Part shown: piece by piece, positions 1-10,840 of the stretch
Position numbering within the stretch: the stretch's first letter is position 1
Layout: every line of letters begins with the position of its first letter
Assembly: GCA_038087875.1 (NCBI GenBank)
Contig: CM075990.1
Location: 930,001 to 994,000, forward strand
Length of the DNA stretch: 64,000 bases
Reading direction: 5' to 3'
Origin: Malacoraja senta
Taxonomy: Eukaryota
Position numbers and translations under genes: made by a program
Notes under the pieces: model-generated
The model's input: the letters and a program-made list of their open reading frames with translations, nothing else
Databases searched by the model: none
Told to the model about the DNA's origin: nothing

Positions 1-540
1 AATTCTCAACCCTTGGTCCAGTTCTGACCTTCTCCATAATTATATTGAAACTAATTGTATTGTGATCACTGGACCCGAAGTGCTCCCCAACACATACCTC
101 CGCCACCTGACCTGTCTCATTTCCTAACAGGAGGTCCAGCACTGCCCCTTCTCTAGTAGGTACCTCTATGTATTGCTGCAAAAAACTATCCTGCACACAT
201 TTTACAAACTCCAAACCATCCAGCCCTTTTACAGAATGTGTTTCCCAGTCTATGTGTGGAAAATTGAAATCTCCCACAATCACTACCTTGTGCTTACTAC
301 TAATATCTGCTATCTCCTTACATTTTTGCTCTTCCAATTCTCGCTCCCCATTTGGCGGTCTATAATACACCCCTATAAGTGTTGCTACACCTTACCCATT
401 TCTCGGTTCCACCCAAATAACCTCCCTAGACGAGTCCTCTAATCTATCCTGCCAAAGCACTGCTGTAATATCTTCCCTGACAAGCAATGGAACACCCCCA
501 CCTCTTGCCCCTCCAATTCTATCACCCCTGAAGCAACAAA
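1..540 (-). mobile_element. CR1-clade LINE ORF2 fragment (APE endonuclease domain), runs off the window start
   Basis: Minus-strand translation contains GVYYRPPN...VVIVGDFNFPHIDW...FLQQYIEVPTREGAVLDLLLGN...HFGSSDHN, typical CR1 endonuclease motifs. Confidence 0.9.
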
Positions 541-567
541 ATAAACTATGAACCCACGCACATAGAT

Positions 568-648
568 CCTACAACACTCTACAACACTCTACAACACTCT
601 ACAACACTCTACAACACTTACAACACTTACAACACTCTACAACACTCC
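568..648 (+). repeat. Minisatellite (CTACAACACT)n
   Basis: About 8 tandem copies of a 9-10 nt unit. Confidence 0.95.
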
Positions 649-780
649 CCAGAGCACTGCCTTTTACTGTGAAGGTCCTGCGTTGGTTTGACTTCCCAAA
701 CTATGAGACCTCACGTCCATCTGCATTAAACTCCACTGGTCCTTGAGACACACCACCAGTCACAGACATCCAGTCTGAAA

Positions 781-1075
781 AATAACCTTCCACCATCACT
801 GCTTCCTTCCAATAAGCCAATTTCCTATCCAGTCAGCTAGCTCCCCTAAATCCCATTGATGCCCATTAGTTTTAGTTTACCCTGGATTCTTGAACTCATA
901 CACAATTTGCACCGCTAATGGTTGTTGGAGTTGGCAGTGGTGTGTCATTCGCAAAAGAATGATAAAGAATGCCCAGAACCATAAAGAATATTGGAATAAA
1001 CAATGTATCTTAGTCAGCAATAAGACTAGGTGAAAAATTGAAACACTATTGAAATGGAATGAAATAAAGAGAGTG
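781..1075 (+). repeat. Arm 1 of a ~295-bp local inverted duplication (partner 3153-3447)
   Basis: Reverse complement of 3153-3447 with about 4 mismatches counted by eye. Confidence 0.95.
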
Positions 1076-1602
1076 AACTAAATACTGGGGTGAGAAATAA
1101 GAAAACGATTTTAACTTTGATATCTTTAAAATATTGGCAAAATGTGGGCAAGTGGGACTAGCCATTGGCTGATGTATAGAAGATGGGCCAAAGGGCCTGA
1201 TTACATGCTGTATACAGTAGTTCTATGACTCTATACCTCTTACTCTGTGAGTAGAATTTACGTTACGATACGATAGAACTTTATTCATCCCCGGAAGGAA
1301 ATTAGTCAGTCCCACCAGAGATGAATAAAGTTCTATTGTATCGTCACACAACAGTCACAACATACAACAGGTACACAAAAACCTGATTTTAAAATTAAAT
1401 TTAAAGTGAAAAAAAGACAACCGACCACTGTCTGGCTGCCGTACGCACAGTGCCTATAGCTATATAGCTATAAGAAGAAATGTATTTGTCTCGCCTCAAG
1501 AGATTCAGTGATATTGGATACAATACTGTGGTGTTAAAGTGGTACTTGCACTACTTGCGTTATGAACCCTATTTCTTGTGCTGAATTTAACAGAGAGCAA
1601 GT

Positions 1603-1892
1603 TTTAGTGTAGTTCGGCCCATCGAGTCTGCACCAACCAGCGATCCACGCACATTAACATTATCCTACACACACTAGGGACAATTTTTATGTTTATACAT
1701 TTATACCAAGCCAATTAACCTTCAAACGTGTACGTCTTTGGAGTGAGCGAGGAAACTGAAGCTCTCGGAGAAAACCACGCAGTTCACGGGGAGAATGTAC
1801 AGACTCCGTACAGACAAGCACCCGTGGTCAGGATGAACCCGGGTCCCTGGCGCTGTAAGGCAGCAACTCTACCACTGCACCAAGTGCCGCCC
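1603..1892 (-). mobile_element. tRNA-derived HE1/V-SINE-type SINE
   Basis: tRNA-like head with A/B boxes and V-SINE-like core (TTCTCCCCGTGA..TGCGTGG), read on the minus strand. Confidence 0.85.
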
Positions 1893-2204
1893 ACTTTTAA
1901 TCCCAGATTTTTAAACACTTTCCTCAGATAGGGAGGTTAAGTCTGAAATGCCATTTGTGCAGGGCTGTAGATAGAATTCTGGTGACCTGAGTATCTGTAC
2001 TTATTGGCCATTTGTGCATTAATAAATTAATTCACTGTAAATTTGACTGTTTTTTCAGAAAGGCGTCCTAATAAGAAAGGTTAATTGTCTGAATGAAGGC
2101 AAGTGCTTACAATTCACTGAGCATGTTAATTAATTAGAAACAAAATGATTGCACAGAAACAAAATATTAACCACAGCCTTTCTATAGACTATAGCGATTA
2201 AGAG

Positions 2205-2472
2205 TGGAAACATGCCCTTCAGCCCATCAAGTCTACACTGACCACGATCACTCTATACACTAACTCCATCTTACACACTGGGAACAATTTACTGAAGCCA
2301 ATTAACCTACAGACCTGTACGTCTTTGGAGTGTGGGAGAAACCTCGGAGAAAACCCATGCGGTCACAGGAGGAACTAACTAACTCAAAAAAACAGCACCC
2401 ATATTGAGGATGGAACCCAGGTCCCTGACACTGTAAGGCAGCAACTCTATTGCTGCACCACTGTGCTGCCCC
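2205..2472 (-). mobile_element. HE1/V-SINE-type SINE
   Basis: Matches the same head, core and tail as the other copies in the window. Confidence 0.8.
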
Positions 2473-3152
2473 AGTATTTAATTGTCTTATTCTGATATTT
2501 TTCAAAATATTTGTCTTCTCTTAATTGTGCCAACACAGATCGATGTTTTATTGACCATAAACTTACACTAACCTCTTTCAGCTCATTTCCTTCAATATTA
2601 CCAATTTTTATTATTCAATCTTTCCTACTTCCCATGATAGCATTGCCATCTTGCTGTTCTTTCAACATGCTCCTCACCTACCCTCATCATTCTGCTTTCT
2701 TTGCAGCTGTCACATTGTTGACCTATTATCTCTGTAGTGTATCAACTGATGTGACAAACAAAAGACTCTAAATCAAGACTGGGTTGAGTTTAGTTTATTG
2801 TCATGTTTACCGAGGTACAGTGAAAAGCTTCTGTTGTATGCTAACCAGTCAGCGGAAAGACAATACATGACTACATTCAAGCCATCCACAGTGTACAGAT
2901 ACACGATAAAGGGAATAACGTGAATAACGTTTACTGCAAGATAAAGCCAGTAAAGTCTGAATAAAAATAGTTTGTGGGTTTCCAATGAGGTAGATAGTAG
3001 TTCCCTAGTTGTTGGTAGGATGGTTCAGTTGCCTGATGACAGCCAAGAACTGTCCCTGAATCTAGAGGTATGTGTTTGTGACTTGGTTTTGAGATAATAA
3101 CCTTGCTCTCAATGTCACCAAGTCAAAGGATATAGTGATCGTCTTCAACATG

Positions 3153-3447
3153 CACTCTCTTTATTTCATTCCATTTCAATAGTGTTTCAATTTTTCACCT
3201 AGTCTTATTGCTGACTAAGATACATTGTTTATTCCAATATTCTTTATGGTTCTGGGCATTCTTTATCATTCTTTTGCGAATGACACACCACTGCCAACTC
3301 CAACAAACATTAGTGGTGCAAATTGTGTATGAGTTCAAGAATCCAGGGTAAACTAAAACTAATGGGCATCAATGAGATTTAGGGGAGCTAGCTGACTGGA
3401 TAGGAAATTGGCTTATTGGAAGGAAGCAGTGATGGTGGAAGATTATT
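3153..3447 (-). repeat. Arm 2 of the local inverted duplication (partner 781-1075)
   Basis: Reverse complement of 781-1075. Confidence 0.95.
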
Positions 3448-4031
3448 CTTTGTTTTTGTGGTCCTAGCACCTCTCTCAGTCTCTCTCTAGCTAGCAGTAT
3501 CCTCCCAAAAACTGGCACAATATTGGACATCGTGTCTCCGGCAATAATATATTTTATCTCTACCTTCCTAATGCATGGTCATCAAATGGTAGTTTTAACA
3601 CTTTTTCTCTCACCACAGACAGTCATCTTATCTCTGTATGCTTTGTTGTTACCTTCTTCTAGCTAACAATGATCTATTCTACATTTTCCTTGATCATGCA
3701 TCCCCTTTGATGTCTCGTTTTCACACCTTACACTTCCTTATCTCTGTTTCTCCCTCTCCCCTGAATCTCAGTCTGAAGAAGGGTCTCGACCCGAAACATC
3801 ACCCATTCCTTCTCGCCAGAGATGCTGCCTGACCTGCTGATTTGCACCAGCATTTTGTGTCGATCTTGCCCAATTGTTAAGTGATTACAATATTTCCCAT
3901 TTTATACACAAATACAACCTAGTCTTCAAGATAAACAGAGGACATAGATTTAAGATAAAGGTATCAGAGATTTAGAGGTGATCTGATGGGAATCTTTTCA
4001 CCCAGAGAGTAGTGAGTAACTAAAATACATT

Positions 4032-4320
4032 GGGATGGCACAGTGGCACAGTTGTTGCCTTACAGCGCCAGAGACCCAGGTTCGATCCTGACCAAGGGTG
4101 CTGTCTGTACAAAGTTTTATGTTCTTCCTGTGACCGCGTGGGGTTTCTGCAGGTACTCCAGTTTCCTCCCACATTCAAAGGACGTGCAGGTTTGTGGGTT
4201 AAGTGGCTTCTGTAAATTGTGCCTATTTTGTAGGATAGAACTAGTGCATAGGTGATCGTTGGTTGGCGTGGACTCTTTAGCCCAAAGGGTCCGTTTCCAC
4301 ACTATCTTTGAACTAAACTG
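4032..4320 (+). mobile_element. HE1/V-SINE-type SINE
   Basis: GGCACAGTGGCACAG...GGTTCGATCC head, V-SINE core and LINE-like tail ending in CTAAACT. Confidence 0.85.
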
Positions 4321-6319
4321 AAAGATCATTTAAAACAAAATAACAAATGTTTTTTGAGAGATAAATAGGATTCATCCTGAGTAAAGTCATAATTACCTGA
4401 GCATCATTCAGAATCACAGTCCCTGAAGAACACTTTGCTGAGGATCAATAGTGTTTGTAGTCATTAAGTCGTACACACGGAAACAGGCCAGTCAACCCAC
4501 CATAACAACAACAGCCAGCACAGCACCCATCCATATTAATCTCACCTTCCAGCACTTGGCTGGGCAATTCAAATGCAAACACTTCTAATATCCTGTCAGT
4601 GACTCTGCTTCCTCTCTGGCAGATCTCTGAAAGATTCCCAACGGATCACCTCTAAAATTCGTACCCACTTATCATAAATCTACAGGTATGCCCTCCATTT
4701 TATTTATCCGTGGCATGGACATAGAATAGTACAGCACAGGAACAGGCCCTCCAGCCACAATGTCTGTATCATATCCTCCATTGCCTGCATGCTCATGTGT
4801 TGGTCAAAATGCCTCTTAAACATCACTATCGTGTCTACTTCTTCCCTTGAAAGTGCATTCCAAGCACCTACTGCTCTCTGTTTTTTAAACAGGCTCTGCA
4901 CATCTCCTTTAAGCTTTCTCTCTCTCACCTTAAACCAATGTCCTCTGGTATTTCACATTTCTGCCCTGAGAAATAACACTCAGACTATCTACCCTCTCTA
5001 TGGCTCTCATAATTCTATATGTTTCCATCAGGTTGCCCCTCAGCCTCCAATGCTTCAGAGGAAACAATCCAAGTTTCTCCCTCTCCTGATAATTGAAAAC
5101 AAAATGCTCAGTGGGTCAGGCAGCATCTGTGGAGGAAATGGACAGATTATGTTTCGGATTGTGACCCTTCTTCAGTCTGTTGTTTCTTGAGTTCTTCCAG
5201 CATTTTGTTTGTTGCTCAACATTCCAGAAACTAGTCTCTCGTGTTTGCCCTTGTAACTAATACACTCCAATCAAGGCATCATCTGATAAACCCCTTATCC
5301 ACCCATTCCAAAACATGCAAAGCCACCATAAGTTCATAAGTCACATGAACAGAATTCAACCATTTGGCCCATTATTTGTACTCCGCCATTCAATCATGGC
5401 TAATCTACCTTTCCCTCTCAACCCCATTCTCCTGCTTTCTCCCCATAACCCTTAACACACTTACTAATCAAGTACCTGGCAATCTCCTCCTGAAAAATAC
5501 CCAATGATGGCCTCCACTGCTGTTTGTGGCAATGAATTCCACAGATTCACCATCCTCTGACAGTTATCTAACTATTCTGGTGCCTTCAATGATTTTTGGA
5601 TTTGCATTACAAGACCCCTCTGTTCCACAATTCACCCTTGCTACCTACTTTTCATGGTGTATGTTGTAGCCACGCTGGTACTCCAAACATACATCAGTTC
5701 ACATTTATCTGGATTGAACTCCATCTACTATTTCTTAGCCCAGCTCATTATTTAGAGCATAAATTTCATCAGAAATTATTTTCATTGAAAATCATTGTGG
5801 ACAACCAAAATGTTTGCAATTATTCTTAATGGAATCATTATTATTATGAATTGCGACTATTGATCGCTGTCACAACAGAATTGCTATTATTCCTAAAGTT
5901 CTCACTGGAAATCTTTAATAAAAAAGATTAATTTGGCAATACAATGGTTTCTTGTAATCTCCACATTAAAATATCCCAAATACATGATAGCTGTCATTGA
6001 GAAGTGTTGCATTGATGAATGTAATTTACTGTATGTTATCATTAAGGCTTACTATTATTCAGAACTACTATCACTGAAGATTCCTAGATACAGGAAAGGT
6101 TACAAGACCAGGCAACACCCCAGCTAAGAGGCACGTCCCAGTGGTAGATGTGTCTCAAGAAACGCTGTTCCAGTGCGGTTGTAGGTGTCGACACAACAAT
6201 GAGTAAAATTACCCAGCTCCGTCTTGTTCACAGTCAAACAAATCCAATCCATTTCATTAACAACCACAATCTATAAGCGAGTTAGGTATTACAACTGCGC
6301 ATGCCCAGGTTATTGGTCA

Positions 6320-7140
6320 CTAGCTATAAACAGTCTCGGCCACGGTGATGCTGCATTGTGTGCAGGCTTGCGTTTTGTCCGTGGTCGGGATCTGGCCCTG
6401 CTCAAAGATGGGCGACTCGGAGCCGCTGCTGCTGGAGTCGTCCTGGTCCGAGAGAGAGTCTGCGGATGGGCTCCAGCCAACCATGGGCAGGCCGGGCGCC
6501 CGCTGGAGCTGCTGGTGCTGTTGGTGATCGTGGTGCTGGCGGCAGCAGCAACATCCTCCCCCTCCCTTGCCCAGCCCCAAGCCCAGAGCCTGGGCCAGCT
6601 CCAACTTCATGTCGGGGCTGATGGCCGCCCACAGCGCGGCCCAGTCGAGCGCCGGGCCGGAGGAGGTTGAGCCCAGGCTGGCGCAGGCAAGGCCGGGGCC
6701 CTCGCTCCTCCTCGGGGTTGTGGATGAAGTGCCAGCGGGTATCGTAGGGGCAGAGGTCAGTGGTGTGCAAGGTGCGGCTTGTACTTGGGGTGGCAGCTGA
6801 GGGAGCGCAGCACAGCCAGGCCATAGGCGAACTGGCACTTGTCGCGCAGCAGCTCATCGGGGAGCGGGTTCCTCTGGAGTTGGAGTGGGGTTGGGCTGAA
6901 GTTGGTGCTGGCTGTGGGCCTGGGACTGCTGCTGTCCTTGGTCCGGCAGGCGAGGCGGAGGTGATCTGGGGTTGGCGATTCTCCGCGCTGGCAGTGCGCC
7001 TAGGGGCCAGTGTACCGTCGGTCCGAACATCTCCGGCCGCTCCCCAGGTGGGGATGGGACACTTGAGTGGATGGATGGGGACGGGAACAGTCCAGTGGTG
7101 GTTCGGCACTGCTTGCGGCGCCGGGGACATGTGTTCAATC
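6320..7140 (-). pseudogene. zfp36: ZFP36 (tristetraprolin)-family CCCH tandem zinc finger pseudogene
   Basis: Minus strand gives DKCQFAYGLAVLRSLSCHPKYK (6843-6778), then after a frameshift RTLHTTDLCPYDTRWHFIHNPEEER...CLRQ, and in a third frame SADSLSDQDDSSSSGSESPIFEQG...ITVAE. These match ZFP36-family KCQFAHG..LRSL.RHPKYKTELCRTF...CPYG.RCHFIHN and the TTP-like SGSDSPVFE/ISVSE tail. The specific paralogue is uncertain. Confidence 0.85.
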
Positions 7141-8091
7141 CTGGCTGCGGATGAGGTATGGTTCTGTGGATGAGAGCCGGTCCAGTCTCTCCCTCCCCCT
7201 CCCCTGGGTCTCCCCCTCTGGTCTCCCCCCCGCCCGTTTCCCCCCCCCCCTGGTCTCCCCCCCCCCCGTGTTGAGAGTGACTGCCATTGACAACAAGGCA
7301 GGATTCAAATAGAATAGAGTAGAATAGAATGGAATGGATTGGAATGGAATAGAATACTTTATTTTCACATGTGACAAGTCACAGTGAAATTCTCTGCTTG
7401 CATACCTATGCAAGTAGTTGCCCATAAAGGGTGCTTACAAAGTTACAAATTCCCCCCCCCCCCCCCCCCGCGCTAGTTCTCCCTTTGTTCTTCCCCCCTC
7501 CCCACTCCCTCATGGTGGTCCCTTCCGCCGGGTCCCCATTGTCCATTGTTGGACATTGTTGGCATGAGGAAGTCCAGAAGGCTGTCAGCATCAAGGGCAA
7601 ACACTCTGTAGAAAAGTCATCACTCGCACAAAGGAAAGTGCTTGTGGTTGTTGTTGGTCACTCATCCTTGTCCCAGAACATCACTGGATCTATTGGATCC
7701 AGCCACCTTTAGCTGCTTCATCAATGACTTTCCTCTGTCTACAGGTCAGAAATTAGTATGTTCACCAGTGACTGCACAATGTTCAATTCCATTTGCATCT
7801 CCTCAACAAAAAGTAGCAGCCCATACCGACATGCAACAAGACATAGGCGACATTCAGGGATGGGTTGATAATTGCAAGTAACAGTCATGTCACAGAAGAT
7901 GGACACAAAATGCTGGAGTAACTCAGTGGGACAGGCAGCGTCTCTGGAGAGAAGGAATAGGGAATGTTTCGGGTCGGGATCCTTCTTTCAGACCTGTCAT
8001 GTTACAGTAGTTTAATGCAATGTCCATGGATTATGACTATTTATATGGTTATAAGGGGTTATATGGATTAAAATGGATTCTAACCATTTAT

Positions 8092-8392
8092 GGTGGCCCA
8101 GCGCTAGAGCTACTGTTTAACAGTGAGAGAGGCCTGGGTTCGAACCTGTCTACGGGTGCTGTCTGTATGGAGTTTGTACCTTCTCCCAATGACTGCGTGG
8201 GTTTTCTCCGAGATCTTCGGTTTCCACCCACATTCCAAAGACGTATACCTTTGTAGATTAATGGGCTTGGCATGAATGTAAATTGTCCCTAGTGTGTGTA
8301 GGGTAGTGGTAATGTGCGGGGATCACTGGTCAGTGCGGACGTGGTGGGCCGAAGGGCCTGTTTCAGGACTTTACTGTATCTCTAAACTAAAC
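8092..8392 (+). mobile_element. HE1/V-SINE-type SINE
   Basis: Head, core and GGGCCGAAGGGCCTGTTTC...CTAAACTAAA tail. Confidence 0.85.
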
Positions 8393-8849
8393 CACTTATT
8401 CTTGACAGTCTGAATATGTGCACCTTAATTTTCATAAAAGGTTAGTTAGAGCTCTTTGGTCTAGCGGAATCAAAAGGTATGGGGAAAAGGCAGGAACGGG
8501 GTACTGATTGTGGATGAACAGCCATGATCACATTGAATGGCGGTACTGGCTCGAAGGGCCGAATGACCTACTCCTGCACCTATTGTCTATGTATCTATGT
8601 ATATATGAAGTATCATTTGATTTTCCATCCAATTTTTCAGAAATAGGTCATGGGAGATGAGCCATATGAAAAATATAGAAAGAGAAAAGCAGAAGGAAAA
8701 TTACGAGAAGTGAGAACAGAATTGTTAGACTCTGATGAAAATCAGCAAGTAGAAAGAAAACGTGAGCATATTATACAGTGCGCCTACCTCCCCACAACAC
8801 AGAAGACACAAGGGGAACAGAGAAGCTGGTTCTTTTCAGCTGACCTTTG

Positions 8850-9159
8850 GGGCGCTCACGGTGGCGCAGCTGCCTTACAGCGCTTGCAGCGCCAGAGAAC
8901 CAGGTTCCTTCCCGACTACGGGTGCTGTCTGTACGGAATTTGTACATTCTCCCCGTGACTGCGTGGGTTTTCTCCGAGATCTACGTTCCTCCCACAATCC
9001 AAAGACGTACAGGTTTGTAGGTTAACTGACTTAGTATACAGTAAGTGTAAATTGTCCCTAGTGTGTGTAGGACACTGTTAATATGTGGGATCGCTGGTCG
9101 GTGCGGATTCGGTGGGCCGAAGGGTCTGTTTCCGCACTTATATCTAAACTAAACTAAAC
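8850..9159 (+). mobile_element. HE1/V-SINE-type SINE
   Basis: Near full-length copy with (CTAAA)n tail. Confidence 0.85.
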
Positions 9160-9375
9160 TTTGTTTGGAGCCATTTCATGCCCATGAGCAAGGAAAGTAA
9201 CAAACAAGTATAAGGCCACAGTGCAGTTGGGTTCTATTTTGACCTTATTGATTGTTGTATTTATTAGTAAAAGGCAGAGCTGCAAAATAATTAAGGTGAA
9301 AGGAGTGAAATTTATCAGCTCCCTCGACAAAAACAGTGTTAATTGCAGTGTTATGTGCTCCCCCTCCTGGTCAAT

Positions 9376-9500
9376 GTTATGTATTAACCTTTCTCTGTTT
9401 CTTTCCCGAGTGCAGGCTAAAAGGCTCCTGTACCCGATTGGCCAAGCTGCGTCAGGTGACGGGTGACTCATCTGAAGTATAAATAGCAGAGTTCCCAGAA
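9376..9500 (+). promoter_or_regulatory. Candidate RNA Pol II promoter or enhancer
   Basis: HNF1-like GTTATGTATTAAC (9376-9388), inverted CCAAT (ATTGG 9437-9441), TGCGTCA (9448), TGACG (9457), AP-1 TGACTCA (9464-9470), TATAAAT (9478-9484) and STAT-like TTCCCAGAA (9492-9500), in sequence not recognisably repetitive. Confidence 0.45.
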
Positions 9501-10004
9501 TTCTCTCTCTCTCTTCGACGGCCCTGCCTCGTGAGCTGATTGCTGGTGTGAGCTGTGGAAAGGCCTGGCCACATGGCATAGAACTTCGTGTAATTGCAAC
9601 ATTATGTAGTACCAAATATTGAATTGGGCTGTCCTTAGAAGTTATCGGTATTTTGTTTCAGGGATAGCTTTCTTTTAGGCAGGTTTAGAGTCTCAGGTTC
9701 GACGGTCCATCGCGTGGCTGGCCTGAGCACTTTTAAGTTGTTTGTTAATCCATTCATATCCTTGTCTGGGTTGTTTGAATCAGGTTTGGGTTTTGGGTGT
9801 GTTATTGAGTAATTAAAAACTATTATTGAACTTAAACCTGTTTTTTGACTTATGTTACGCGACTCTGAAGTACCTGCTTTCGGGAGTCCTAACATGCAGC
9901 AACAATTCACATTATGGAGAACTTCTCATGGAAAGTGCAACATACTTTGATATTACTTTGTGTAGGATGGATCTGCAGATGTTGGTTTACACCGAAGGCA
10001 GACA

Positions 10005-10740
10005 CAAAATAGCCGCACATTTGGATAGCAGTAATCGGGTCGGTCCGAGTCAGCATGGAGTTATGAAGGGGAAATCATGCTTGACTAATCTTCTGGAATT
10101 TTTTGAGGATGTAACTGGGAAAATGGACAAGGGAGAGCCAGTGGATGTAGTGTACCTGGACTTTCAGACAGCATTTGATAAGGTCCCACATAGGAGATTA
10201 GTGGGTAAAATTAGGGCACATGGTATTGGGGATAGAGTGCTGACATGGATAGAAAATTGGTTGGCAGACAGGAAACAAAGAGTAGGGATTAACAGGTCCC
10301 TTTCAGAATGGCAGGCAGTAACTAGTGAGGTACCGCAAGGCTCGGTGCTGGGACCGCAGCTATTTACAATATACATCAATGATTTAGATGAAGGGATTCA
10401 AAGTAACATTAGCAAATTTGCAGATGACACAAAGCTGGGTGGCAGTGTGAACTGTGAGGAGGATGCTATGAGAATGCAGGGTGACTTAGACAGGTTGGGT
10501 GAGTGGGCAGATGCAGTTTAATGTGGATAAATGCTCTGCCTCAGAGGGCGGTGGAGGCCGGTTCTCTGGATACTTCCAAGAGAGTGCTAGATAGGGTTCT
10601 TAAAGATAGCAGTCAGGGGATATGGGGAGAAGGCAGGAACGGGGTACTGATTGGGGATGATCACATTGAATGGCGGTGCTGGCTCGAAGGGCCGAATGGC
10701 CTACTCCTGCACCTATTGTCTATTGTCTATTGTCTATTGT
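10005..10740 (+). mobile_element. CR1-clade LINE RT fragment with internal deletion and 3' tail
   Basis: SQHG.MKGKSCLTNLLEFFE..YLDFQTAFDKVPH..VPQGSVLGP..SKFADDTKL, then the 3' UTR ending in (CTATTGT)n. Confidence 0.95.
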
Positions 10741-10840
10741 CTAAAATGCTGGAGTAACTCAGCAGGACAACAGCATCTCTGTAGAGAAGAAACGTCACCC
10801 ATTCCTTCTCTCCAGAGATGCTGCCTGTCCCACTGAGTTA

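Noticed and set aside
6224..7173. Plus-strand ORFs over the GC-rich island
   Set aside because: Antisense shadows of the zfp36-like pseudogene with no recognisable product.
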